Assembly: GCA_964019335.1 (NCBI GenBank)
Contig: OZ025749.1
Span: 1-64,000, forward strand
Length of the DNA: 64,000 nt
DNA from: Diplonema japonicum
Taxonomy: Eukaryota; Protista; Euglenozoa: Diplonemea
Reading direction: 5' to 3'
In this document: positions 32,585-43,558 of the stretch, piece by piece
How positions within the stretch are numbered: the first letter of the stretch is position 1
Layout of the letters: the number at the start of each line of letters is the position of its first letter
Notes under the pieces: generated by a model
Database searches by the model: none
Seen by the model: only the letters and a program-made list of their open reading frames with translations
What the model was told of the DNA's origin: nothing
Position numbers and translations under genes: made by a program

Positions 32585-33063
32585 TTCACTCCTCATTTGA
32601 CTTTTTTTCCTCTTCTTTCTCTTATGCGAAAAAAAAGTTTGTCCTCTATGACTTCCACACCCCCAATGCCTATTCCCTTTCTCTTCTTCTTTGTTGTAAG
32701 GGAGAAAAGAGGGTGAACGGGAAGAGAAATACAAGGTGTATTCCCCCACCCCTGATTTTTTTTCTTCTTTTCCAATTCTTTCGCTCGACCAATTTCCCTT
32801 GCTGTATTAAATTAAAAGAGAACCCCCCCCCCATTTATTTAACCGCAGTCAAAAAAATTCGAATTCAACAAGTCAGCAAACCTTGAGGGTCGTCGGCTGT
32901 AGTAGCAAAGTGCAATCCTTCTTGAAACACATGCAAAAAAAAAAAAAAAAAAAAAAATTGTTTATCTGCGAATCAAGTAAGGTGCTTTTTCTTTTTTCCT
33001 CTTCTTTTTTTTTTTTTTTTTTTTCTTTTTTTTTTTTGGTGAGCGCAAAAACGCATACCTTAA

Positions 33064-33316
33064 CCCTTAAACGCCCAACTGCTTGTAGAAGCAGTTAATA
33101 GGTGTAATTGTTCTGTGGTCATCTGGACCAAAGCCTTGGATCGGTTTTCATAAAAAAAAAAAGATGGAATGGAAAGATATTGAAAATCTGCGTCAGATGC
33201 GTTATTTGTATCCATCTGAAACCTCATAACTTCATCCCAGAACGGGGTGCCGAGACACCGGGTGACACCAAAAATGGGCATTTTCCGGATTTTCATGATT
33301 TTTCCATGATTTTTTC

Positions 33317-33348
<32 letters not shown>

Positions 33349-34456
33349 GCGGGCCCGTTGCTAACCCCTTCATTCCTATCATAGTGAATTTTTTTCCGAG
33401 TCACTAGGCCTTATCAAAATTAACATGCCAGCACACAACGGGAGCAGTTCCCGTCGACCTGCAATGTTCAAATGGGTTACCACCTCTCTACCTCAATCCT
33501 CGTTTCTTTTTTATTTACCAGGACCGCGATGACGATGTAGTTATGGGTCCGGTTGGGATCCTGCGAAACAGGTGGCCCACCTTTCTGGAGAACGGATGGT
33601 TTTTTTTGATGCACTCGTTCTTCGTCGCGTCCCAGTGGCCTCCCGCAGTCCGGCGGTTCAGAGGCTGGCAACGGTCCTGTGAGCAGACACTGCTGCTGCT
33701 GCAGCGTTCCACGAGCAGCAATCGCACGCCTTGTGTCCTCGCCGCCGTGCACTTCTTCTCCGCGTACATCACCCGTCCATCCACAGTCGCTGCTCACCCT
33801 GGAGCTCCCTGGGTCGGGTACCGCGTGTCCCTGGACACCGAGTTCTCGCGGTCCCAGGCGCAGTTCGCTCTTGCACGCCGCCGCGTCCGTCGTCACCGTG
33901 CACGTTGCGACCGGCTTGCACACGGGCGTCCACCGCCGGTCACCGTCTGGGATCGGTGGTTGCAAACGTTACACCAGTGCTGGTTTCCACACCAGGGCCA
34001 TCCGTTTCCCGGGTAAGCGGAAGTCCAGAAATGCTCAGCACGACGTGGAAGGTCAGCCTTCCCGGCCAACGCCAAACCGAGAGTGCATACTCTGGCACCT
34101 TGGACACAGCTACGGCACGAGGTCTCTTCTCCTCGAACCAAATTGCCTCCCTGCCTTGCACAACTCCATGTAAATGCTTCTCGCCCAAATGCCGTCCATC
34201 TCCCATCTCATTGCGACAAACAGTCACCGCAGGCACCAGAACAGTGAACACCCCCATGCACATTGAGATTTCGCATGCATGATTTCCAGGAAAAGCAAAT
34301 GAACTCATGGCATCCGGTCGATGCACCATGGGTCGAAAACACTAAATATTTAGTGGAATGAACGCAAATCTTTCAAATCTTTCAAATCTTTCAAATGCGT
34401 ACCTCGAATCAAAAAAATAACCTCAAGACTCAGCATGTTTGACCCAAGCCTAAGGG
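33064..34456. mobile_element. Possible TTAA-flanked non-autonomous piggyBac-type element with a GC-rich decayed coding insert
   Basis: TTAA-CCCTTA...TAAGGG-TTAA. The left end CCCTTAAACGCCC resembles the 51625 TIR, but the two ends match for only 6 bp. Confidence 0.45.
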
Positions 34457-34614
34457 TTAAAAGAATAGTTTTTTGTGTGTTTCCACGGCTGCAGTTAAAT
34501 GGGTAAGAAACAGGGGCGAGGGGACACCCTACTGCACGAAGGTAGTTAACCCTGGGTTCAGGAGATTTATTCGCCTCCTATTTGGCTCCATCATTGTAAC
34601 GGTTTTGTTTTCCT

Positions 34615-34659
<45 letters not shown>

Positions 34660-34922
34660 CTTCTTCCTTATTTGGCTTGCATTATTTTATCCGGTTTTAC
34701 AAACAACCGACTCTTTCGGAGGAGGGCTTCAGAAACCGAGGGCAGAACGGGCGGGAAAAATACATAGCTGTGCTGGGGGGAGGGGGGGCGACACAAAGGG
34801 GAAATATGAACGGAATTTTTTTTTTTCTTGTGAACTTTCTTTTCTTCTTCGGTTCTTTGCATTTATTTATGGTCCCTTTTTGTTACTACCCTTTTTATTT
34901 TTCTCGCCTGCCGGATTCTCAG

Positions 34923-35004
34923 GGCGAGATGGCCGAGCGGTCTAAGGCGTTGCGTTTAGGCCGCAATATCTCCGGATGCGTGGGTTCAAACCCCACTCTC
35001 GTCA
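34923..35004 (+). tRNA. tRNA-Leu (anticodon TAG)
   Basis: Acceptor GGCGAGA/TCTCGTC, anticodon arm TTGCG-TT-TAG-GC-CGCAA, long variable arm, GGTTCAAACCC T-arm, T-run terminator. Confidence 0.95.
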
Positions 35005-35253
35005 CTTTTTTGTTTCCAGCCCACACTGAGCGTGACTTGTTGGTCATCATCCTTCTCCTCGAAGAACTCCTTTACCGCCAGGTGATAGCAGGCTCTCCTG
35101 CTGGATCCGCTAACCGGCCGCCCCTACACACATGCATATCCACATGAGGCTCCTAAAGAGGCCTGGTGAGCGAAGGTTGATAAAGAAATACGGATAGTAT
35201 TCAAACAAGCAAAGGGTGAACGGGGGAAGTAAAAAAAGAGAAAAAAAAGAACC

Positions 35254-36630
35254 ATGAGCGAGATGCGAAAGCGAAAAGGTGCCGAAGAGCCGGAACCCAA
35301 AGAACCCGAAGCAGAAGAGAAGCAGGAAAAAGAAGACGCGAAAAATGCAACGTCGCCAGGGCTGTACAAGAAAAGGGGAAGCCGTTCGCTGGGGTTGAAC
35401 AGACACCATCTGATCACGATCGGAGTGGTGGTGGCTCTGTTGTCGTGCTTGACTGTACCGACCGAGTTTGGTGTGTACGGGAGGATACAGAAACAGGATG
35501 AGGCAATGACTATATGGAAACGAACAACCTGTACAATTGAAAAAACGAGTGTGTCGCTAATCCCAAAGGCAAAGAAGGGAATGTTCACCGGTAACAACGA
35601 GTACAAGCCAAGGGCCACGTACACATACATTTACGACAACACTAGGTACGCATCCAACAGGGTGTACTTTTACGGTGACGACCACCCTGGGAAAAGCAAG
35701 ACCTACGCCGACCGAGTGGTTCAATACTGGAACACAGGAAAGTGTGTTGCTTACGTAGACCCTTCAAACCCTTCTGAATCGATTCTCATTCCAGAAACCT
35801 CCTTCACACCGTACGGGAATGCGTGGGTCCATGCAGGCCTCGTCCTCGGCGTCCTTTGGTACGCAACATTCGAGCACAATTGGGAATCCACACCGGAGCT
35901 CCCTGAAAAATTCCCCGTCTCAGAATCTTGGGAAGCACCCAACATGCACACCATCGTGCCGCTTTCCTCTGACAAGTACTACCGTGTTGCGATGCTACCT
36001 GGCATCTATTCATGGCCTGCCATATTATGCGGAACCGTCATTATCGCAACGTGGGTTTATATAGGTGTTGAGGTGTGGGCTTGGTATTTGAAAACAAACC
36101 ACGCACCGGGGTCTGATGAGATGCAAGTTGCTTTTCTCGGACTGAGCGCCATTCTCGGTATGAGGCTCACTTATTTCGCGCTGTTGGTTGCAAGGGTGAG
36201 GTGTGTTGAGGTTTACATAGACCGTGAACAAATCACAATGGGATACCCTTTCGAGCTGGTGTTCAAGCAGATGAAGCGTGGGTGGTTGTCGGTTGTGTAT
36301 CAAAAGGTCGAACTTAGCTTTTCGCTGACCGAGACCGTGCATGGCCCCAAACAAGGAAAAGGCCCTGCGAGAAAGGTCGCGCGCCTCCACGAAGAGTCAC
36401 AGACCATACTTGTCAACCAGACTGTCAAACCCAGCACTGCCGGCATCATCACAGCCATTCCCTTCCAGCGTCACGTTGCCCGGTTAAAGGTGGCCACAGA
36501 GGAGCATCGTGTGTACCACCGTTGGGTCATCAATATCAACGTGCACCTTCGTTTTGTTCCCGTGTCTTATAACCAGACCATCCCTGTTTCTGTTGCTATC
36601 CCTGAAGAGCTGAAGCCTAGAGCTGAATGA
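35254..36630 (+). CDS. Multi-pass membrane protein with DUF3592-like domain
   Basis: TM followed by WKRTTCTI...YKPRATYTY...AYVDPSNPSESIL, then three further TMs. Confidence 0.7.
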   Translation: MSEMRKRKGAEEPEPKEPEAEEKQEKEDAKNATSPGLYKKRGSRSLGLNRHHLITIGVVVALLSCLTVPTEFGVYGRIQKQDEAMTIWKRTTCTIEKTSVSLIPKAKKGMFTGNNEYKPRATYTYIYDNTRYASNRVYFYGDDHPGKSKTYADRVVQYWNTGKCVAYVDPSNPSESILIPETSFTPYGNAWVHAGLVLGVLWYATFEHNWESTPELPEKFPVSESWEAPNMHTIVPLSSDKYYRVAMLPGIYSWPAILCGTVIIATWVYIGVEVWAWYLKTNHAPGSDEMQVAFLGLSAILGMRLTYFALLVARVRCVEVYIDREQITMGYPFELVFKQMKRGWLSVVYQKVELSFSLTETVHGPKQGKGPARKVARLHEESQTILVNQTVKPSTAGIITAIPFQRHVARLKVATEEHRVYHRWVININVHLRFVPVSYNQTIPVSVAIPEELKPRAE

Positions 36631-36840
36631 TATAAATGACATAGTACGTGTGTCCCCTCAAAAAAAAAAAAGAATGGGGGAGAGAAGTGTCCACGCATAT
36701 AAACCCCCCCCCGTGTTTTTTTTCTTTTGGACAACAGAATCTCCTTCCCCCTTTCACCACAAGTACACAACAGGAGGTAAAAAAAAAAAAAAAAGAAAGA
36801 AATACAAGGGGTGGAATATAGATGTCGACCTGAGAGGAAA

Positions 36841-38874
36841 ATGAAAATAATGAAAAACGAGATATACAAGGTGTTCGCGGTGCTGCTGTTTGTCACATGC
36901 GTGTGCATTTGGGTCGGGAACTCGAGGGTGAGGACTGAAAAAGAAAAGGTGAACTGGAGGGTAGTTGAGACTGAGGTGCGGAGAACGTCGCCGGAACAAC
37001 TGAGAAGGCTGGGCAAGATAATCGAGAGGGAGATGGAAGAGAGGGAGACGGAACCGCCGCTGCCGAAGAAACACCACACGAGCAGAAGAAACGAGGAAGA
37101 AGCACCATTGCCAACCACAAAACACAAACACAGCACGGTGGAAGAAAACAACGACGAAACAAGATCACCGCACACAAGAAAACACCGCCACATGAAAAAA
37201 ATGGAAGATGAAGAAGAAGAAGAAGAAGAAACCCCGTCGCCACCCGTTAAACACCGCAAGCACGTCACGATGGAAGAAGAACAAGAAGAAGATGAAACAC
37301 CGCCACCCAAAAAGCACCACAAACAGGAAGAAGACAGCGAACCCCACCATGTTAAAGACAACACCGTCAAAGACCACCCAGGGGGAACCGAATCCGAAGC
37401 CTTGGAAGATCGCAGGTCACTATCGAAATCAAACTGGCCGTTGGCAAAATTTTCAGACGCTGTGTGGCACGGCGGTTCGAAGCCAAGACTGCCCAAGAGT
37501 CTTCTGAACCGAGTGGCCCGCAGCGAGAAGATCCAGGAGACGTACCTCAAGGCGTCTAAGAGCTGCAGGCTGAAACACAGCAACGATGAGAGGAAGAAGC
37601 ACGCCGCCATCGACATCGACTGTTTTCAAAGATTCTACTGGACAGCCTTCCAGGAAGACGGCGAAGAAACCGACCCAGAGTGCGACTCCGTGTACTCCTA
37701 CCAGTCTATCAAGGAGTACCGAAAGAATGAGCTCAAGATGTGCGACAACGGTGCCTCGGAGTTGAGATGCTACAGAAAGAGATTCAAAGGGCACTCTGTG
37801 GACACGTCCATATGTGGAGGGGATAACGTCGCAATAAACTTCGGCAAAATGCCCCACGCCAGGGACTATCCATGGCTGGACTTCAAAAAGGGTGCATTGG
37901 AGGCTCAATGCGAGGTTCCTGAGGGCACCAAGGGTAAATGGAACGGGATGTTCATCCAATGCATCGCCGATTGGTTCAACAAGGGGTTTTCCCCAGTCGC
38001 GGACGGGCCGGCTTGTGACGTTACAATCGAAACACCGACGTATTTCGTCACAAGGTCTGGGGACTACAGCCCTTTTCACATCGCGCATGACTTTTTGAAT
38101 GCTTTTATCGCCGCGGCGGTCCACGGGTTTTCCTTTTCGGACCTGCAAATCGTGATCACTGACAGAATGACCAAGGGTTTCTACCTCCCGTTGTGGCAGT
38201 GGGCATACACCCCGAACCACAAGCTTCTTTGGTACCCAGATGTGAGGGAGCAGTACGGAAAGCAAAAGGTCTGCTACTCGAAGGCTTTCTTCAACGTCCC
38301 CGCGAGGCTGTCCCTCTTGTACAACAACCACGAGCATTGTATCGGGAAGAAGAGCAGTGTATTGCGGGCGTTCTCGGACTACGTCCTTGGATCGTTTAAC
38401 TTGGTCGGGGTGTCCCCGCCTCGTGACAAATTGGTGGTGACCGTCATCGCACGGAGAAACTACAAAACAGGGCACCCGATAGGTCGTCGGTTCGGTAACG
38501 AGGACGAGCTTGTTTCTATGCTGCAAGGGCTCCATCCAGGCAGGGAAGTCATAGTTAACGAGGTCGACTATGCAGCCTACGATTTCGACACGCAGATGCA
38601 GGTCTCCCGCTCTACCGACCTCCTCGTTGCAATGCACGGTGCGGGGCTCATTCAAATGCTCTTTCTGCCTCCCTGGGGCTCGGTCTTCGAGTTCTTCTGC
38701 CCTGAAAAGCCCCCCTCCAACTTTCGGTACCGCCACCTCGCGGGGTACATGGGCCTTCACTACGACTCGCTGCACATTCAAAACCCGCAGAACATCGTGC
38801 CGATACCCCAAGCGCAGGAAAAACTGAAAGAGGTCACCAAAAAGCTCCTGCAAAGAAAGAACGAAGCTTACTGA
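36841..38874 (+). CDS. Glycosyltransferase family 61 (EOGT-like), type II membrane protein with acidic/His-rich repetitive stem
   Basis: N-terminal TM, FHIAHDFLN, RRFGNEDEL, QMQVSRSTDLLVAMHGAGL and YRHLAGYMGLHY. Confidence 0.9.
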   Translation: MKIMKNEIYKVFAVLLFVTCVCIWVGNSRVRTEKEKVNWRVVETEVRRTSPEQLRRLGKIIEREMEERETEPPLPKKHHTSRRNEEEAPLPTTKHKHSTVEENNDETRSPHTRKHRHMKKMEDEEEEEEETPSPPVKHRKHVTMEEEQEEDETPPPKKHHKQEEDSEPHHVKDNTVKDHPGGTESEALEDRRSLSKSNWPLAKFSDAVWHGGSKPRLPKSLLNRVARSEKIQETYLKASKSCRLKHSNDERKKHAAIDIDCFQRFYWTAFQEDGEETDPECDSVYSYQSIKEYRKNELKMCDNGASELRCYRKRFKGHSVDTSICGGDNVAINFGKMPHARDYPWLDFKKGALEAQCEVPEGTKGKWNGMFIQCIADWFNKGFSPVADGPACDVTIETPTYFVTRSGDYSPFHIAHDFLNAFIAAAVHGFSFSDLQIVITDRMTKGFYLPLWQWAYTPNHKLLWYPDVREQYGKQKVCYSKAFFNVPARLSLLYNNHEHCIGKKSSVLRAFSDYVLGSFNLVGVSPPRDKLVVTVIARRNYKTGHPIGRRFGNEDELVSMLQGLHPGREVIVNEVDYAAYDFDTQMQVSRSTDLLVAMHGAGLIQMLFLPPWGSVFEFFCPEKPPSNFRYRHLAGYMGLHYDSLHIQNPQNIVPIPQAQEKLKEVTKKLLQRKNEAY

Positions 38875-39054
38875 TTCCTTTTTGTTTCCTTCTTTTTTTT
38901 TAAGAAAAAGGGATGTCCATCCTCACCCCTCCCACTTAAAACAATTTTCCACCCCCCCTTTCTTTAAATTATTTTGTGGTTTGTGTCGGGAAACAAAAAA
39001 AAAAAAAAGTAAAAAAAAAAAAAGTAAAAAAAAAAAGAAAAAAAGAGGAGGGAA

Positions 39055-39981
39055 ATGAGCACGGGACAAGACGAGGAACAGGAACACAAACAAGAAGACA
39101 CACAAAGCGACACAGATGACCTTCTTGTCCACTCGGGTGCGGACAACATCCCGAAAGACGCTGTGTGGAAGAAACCGGGGAGGCACCAAACAAAGAGAAA
39201 GTGGAACGAGGCCCTGAACGCAACAGCAAGAAGGGATAAGGAGTATATCTACGGCAACTACGACAAGTACTACGGGTACAGGAGCATCGTGGAAGACAAC
39301 AGGGTGAAGGCGATAAAAAGGGTAAAGGCGGAGCTCAAGGGAAAAGCGTGGTTGGACATAGGGTGCAACAACGGCCAGCTCACCACTGTGCTGGCAACCG
39401 CCATGGAAGCGCGGACAATTTTGGGGATAGACATCGACGGCAGGCTGATCGAAAGGGCTCGCAAGATGATGAAGAAAACCGAGATTCCATCCTCTTCATA
39501 CTTCCCTCTGTCCTGCTTTGCGGGGTTCGGGGGGCTACCGGTTCCATCCCCGCCGACAATCACCTTCGAGACTGCCAACATAGTCAACAACAGGCACAAC
39601 ATACCCCTTCCACAGTCGGGTACTTTCGACGTTGTGCTGTGCCTGTCCTGCAGCAAATGGATCCATCTTAACTACGGTGATGAGGGTCTCCGTGCCGCCT
39701 TTCTTCGCATCTATGACCTCCTCTCTTCGGGTGGGCTTTTCGTGTTCGAGCCTCAGCCCTGGAAATCCTACCTCAAGACAGGTGCGAAGATCAAGGATAA
39801 AGTGGTCCTTGGCAACCGGTATAAGCTGAAGATGCGCCCTGATAGCTTCGATGCACACCTCAAAAACCTTGGGTTTGAGATGGTGCGTAAACTGCTCCCC
39901 GAACCGCTGCTCCCTGAAGGCAAGGGCGATGGAACAACAGGTTTCAAGGAGCGAGAGCTGCTGATGTATCGAAAGAAATGA
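39055..39981 (+). CDS. MEPCE: Bin3/MePCE-type RNA 5'-phosphate methyltransferase
   Basis: YGNYDKYYGYR, WLDIGCNNG, LCLSCSKWIHLNYGDEGL and EPQPWKSY. Confidence 0.92.
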   Translation: MSTGQDEEQEHKQEDTQSDTDDLLVHSGADNIPKDAVWKKPGRHQTKRKWNEALNATARRDKEYIYGNYDKYYGYRSIVEDNRVKAIKRVKAELKGKAWLDIGCNNGQLTTVLATAMEARTILGIDIDGRLIERARKMMKKTEIPSSSYFPLSCFAGFGGLPVPSPPTITFETANIVNNRHNIPLPQSGTFDVVLCLSCSKWIHLNYGDEGLRAAFLRIYDLLSSGGLFVFEPQPWKSYLKTGAKIKDKVVLGNRYKLKMRPDSFDAHLKNLGFEMVRKLLPEPLLPEGKGDGTTGFKERELLMYRKK

Positions 39982-40371
39982 AGGAGGGGGAAGGCGTTAG
40001 AAATCAGGGGGTGATCAAGGGGTTAATATTGCAGTCCGGTGTTTTTTTTTATTTTTTATTTTTTCTTCTTTTTTTTCTTTTTTTTTTTTCCTTCTTCCAG
40101 AATTTGTATTTAATCAACGAGCGTCTCTGTAGACGATTTGAAAAGAAAAAAAACTTTTGCGCAAAAGGCTTTCAATGCAATACGGTCCGGCCACTTGTCG
40201 TATCTGGGGTCCTGCAAACCTGATATCACGGCCCCCGCAACCCCAAACGAGTGTCCTGAGACCCCCAATACGCTGACAGTACCTTCTGGAACCATTTCAC
40301 CGCACGGGCAACAAACCCGGAAAATTTGCACGGGAATAAAAAAAAAAAAAGAGTGAAGAAGAAAAACGAAG

Positions 40372-41316
40372 ATGAGCATCACAGTGTTTGTGAAGACGGA
40401 AGGTGGGGTACGTTGAAGTGGCAGGGGATGAGACAGTGGGGAGCCTTTACAAGAAGGCGGCGAGTGCTGCTGGTTTGCTGGAAGGGATGTTCAAACTGGT
40501 TTGGGAAGGGAAGGTGCTGAGCATGTTCGGGGATGAAGAGGTTCAGGGGAGCGAGCTCGTGGAGGGGGCTGTAATCCATGTGGTGGCGGGCACAATGGTC
40601 GGGCTGGCGGATCTGAAGGGGAGTTCTGTAATGAAACTACAACTTGCAAGGCTTGTGGCGGCCAACCCCGAGCTGGTTCTTGAGGTCGATGTGGGGGACA
40701 CTCCAGACAAAGTGGTGTGCATTGTGAAAGAGGACCTCCCTTTTGAACTTCGGGGCCTCGTTGTCACCGACTCCACAAACCGTTTCAGGGATATTGGTGA
40801 TAATTTTCTCCGTGGTGGCACCCTGGTGTCTCTCGATCTCAAGCTGAAGCTCAACACCATTGGTTCCCACTTCCTTTACATATCGTCCCTCTCTCACATT
40901 GATTTCGGGGATCAGACCAATGTCACCTCCATTGGCAAGTACTTCTTGTCTCGGTGCTCGGGTTTACAAAACTTGGATCTGAGCAGCTTCACCAACGTTA
41001 CGTCAGTTGGCAGCTATTTCCTGTCTTGGTGTCTGATTTTGCAAAACTTGAATTTGGGGGGCTTCACCAACGTCACGTCGATAGGCAGTTACTTCCTGTT
41101 TGGTTGCCGTACACGGAATTGCAAAAAATTGAGATTCCGTCACTTCCCGAAGGTGGCGCTACAAAAGAGGGGCTTCGGCAAATAACCTGGGACAAGTTAC
41201 CTTCCCGTCGGCAACACATAACGCTTACCCCAGTTGCCAAAGAGGGTACAACTATTTCAAAGGTGAAGTCTTCACCAGGTCTGGCAAGTAGCCTCTCCGT
41301 GGCCTTGTGGCAGTGA
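40372..41316 (+). pseudogene. Ubiquitin-like + leucine-rich-repeat (BspA-like) gene with apparent frameshifts
   Basis: ATG 40372 gives MSITVFVKTEGG then shifts frame into YVEVAGDETVGSL...KLVWEGKVL. LRR units NVTSIGxYFLSxCxxLQNLDL follow, with a probable second shift near 41110. Confidence 0.7.
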
Positions 41317-41486
41317 AGCGTGCTTTCTACGGGGGCCACAGGGGACTTGGGAGGCCGCTGTGTCACATTTTACAATCGAGCCAAACCTCCCCCCTTTTTT
41401 TTCTTTGTTTTTTATTTCTTATTGTAATTCTTATTCTTAAGAAAAAAAAAGAGGGCGCGGGAAAAAAAAAAAAAAAAAAAAGAAAA

Positions 41487-41556
41487 ATGGCGGGTAGGAC
41501 AACGGGCCACAGGCCAAAGGCCTGCGAAGTGTATAAAAGGTAACGAAGCAAAAATA

Positions 41557-41608
<52 letters not shown>

Positions 41609-41998
41609 AGGCAAAATGAAGTGAGAACCACGCTTATCGACCCGATGCATGCCACAAATAGTACTTGTTTTACAGCGATGCAAAAGCAGAAGCAAACAGA
41701 TGGCAGCCAAAGGGTAATCTACCAGAACACTGATGGGGTGCTGCTTGGGGAGATGTTTAACGGGCGAACGAAAAAAGAGCAAGAGGAGCTGCAGAAAAGG
41801 AAAAAACAAGAGCAGGAAGAGCAAAGGCAACTGAGAGCCGCGGAAAAGGAAAAAAAACTAAAGGAGCTAGAAAACTTACGGGCCATGGAACGAAGGGCGC
41901 CTGTGGACACTGGGGTACTCAAGGCGGATGTTGCTTTAGAAATAGGTGAAAAAGAACCTGAAGAAGAAGAGGATATTCCAGACGATTGGGATGCATGA
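41487..41998 (+). CDS. Hypothetical 146-aa charged protein ending EEEEDIPDDWDA; exons 41487-41539, 41611-41998
   Basis: ATG after an A-tract; phase-2 intron removal yields one continuous ORF. Confidence 0.7.
41540..41610 (+). other. 71-nt GT-AG intron, mostly poly(A)
   Basis: GTAACG...(A)nCAG; excision is frame-consistent. Confidence 0.75.
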
Positions 41999-42223
41999 CC
42001 CGAGCCCACATTTTAAAAAAAAAAAAAAAAAAAAAGTCTTTTTTTTTCTCCCCTCCCTGTTCCATATCCCTTGATCACCTGTGTGGGTTTACAGTAAAAG
42101 CTTTTTTCAAAATTTTTACAAACTCCTCTCTTTTTTTTTTTTTTTTTTCTTCTTCCATCCCCGCCCAAAAGGGCTTTGAAGCCTTTCTTCTCTCTCTTTT
42201 TTTTTTGTTGTCGTTTGCATTAA

Positions 42224-43042
42224 CCCTTCTAAGACGGGAGAATAAAAAAAAAACCATCAAAAAAAAGAGATAATAGTAACTACTTTATTTCTGGGGCAAT
42301 AAAGTAAGGGGGGGGTTTTTTTTTTTCCCACCTAAAAAAAAAAAATGGTTCTGATCTGCTATATCTGTCAAGGACCCTACTCCGTGGTACGCCGCTTTAA
42401 TTTTACTGTTTTCTTTTTTTTCTTTTTTTCTTCTTCTTTTTTTTTTTTTTTTTTTTTTTTTATTCTAGCTTAAATTCTCAAAGAGCAGGCGCGTAGACTC
42501 AGTATTCACTGTACTTATGCTTGTAAAGGTGGAAGCTAGAAAAAAAAAAAATAACGAGTGTTAAATAATGGCTCATTTGGCGGCAAGTAAGTCGTTTTAT
42601 TTCACTTTTCACTTTTGAGTCACTCACTCTTCACTGCTTTCACTGCTGTTTTTTTTTTCTTTTTTCTTTTTTTTTTTTTTTTTTCACGCAGGTCAGCCTT
42701 TTTGGGGATTTTCCTAAGGTAATACAGGGTAGCTATTTCGCCGTGGCATTTAAAGGGGAAGTAAGGCACTTATTCCCACTTTTAAGGGCTGGAACGGCCT
42801 CAGATGGCCAAAAATAGTCAAAATACCCCCCACCCCAAAAAAACTTTTCAAGGGGTGCATTTTTTTCCACGGCGAGACTCATTTTTCCACTCTGAAGGGC
42901 CATTATTTAACTGCAAAATCTCATTATTTTAACTAGTTAAATAATGGCGATTTCGCGTTAAATAATGAGGCCCCTAGTGAGTGAAGAAAATGACGAAGAG
43001 TGAAATAAAGAAAAAAAGAATACGCACCCCGTCTTCTAAGGG
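42224..43042. mobile_element. Non-autonomous piggyBac-type element (819 bp)
   Basis: TTAA on both sides; TIR CCCTTCTAAGACGGG / CCCGTCTTCTAAGGG (13/15); no ORF. Confidence 0.85.
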
Positions 43043-43153
43043 TTAACAATCGTATATTTTGTCAAAAAAAAAAGAGAGAGAAACTGAAAACTCAGGTGGC
43101 CTATATGGTGGTCTAAACCACCCCCCCACACCCCTTAAGAAAGAAAAAGGAGG

Positions 43154-43187
<34 letters not shown>

Positions 43188-43454
43188 TTTACCGTGTTTT
43201 TTTCGAAACTCTTCGTATTATTCTGTTTGTCACTCCTTCCCCCTCCACCCCATTTTTTTTTATATTATTTTCTTCCTAGGACCGATCACGTTTTTTTTTT
43301 TTTAAAAGAGAAGACTAGGGGGGGGGGGGAGAAAGAAAAAAAGAAAAGGAAAAAAAAAGGGAGGGAAGTAAAGCTAAGTATGGTTGTACACTCCATTCTT
43401 CTTCTTCCTTTTTTTTTTTTTTTCTCGTTCCCCTCCCAGATCCCATCTTCGGTT

Positions 43455-43517
<63 letters not shown>

Positions 43518-43558
43518 CTCTTGGGAAAATACATTGGTAGGAGAAAAAAAAAAAAAAA

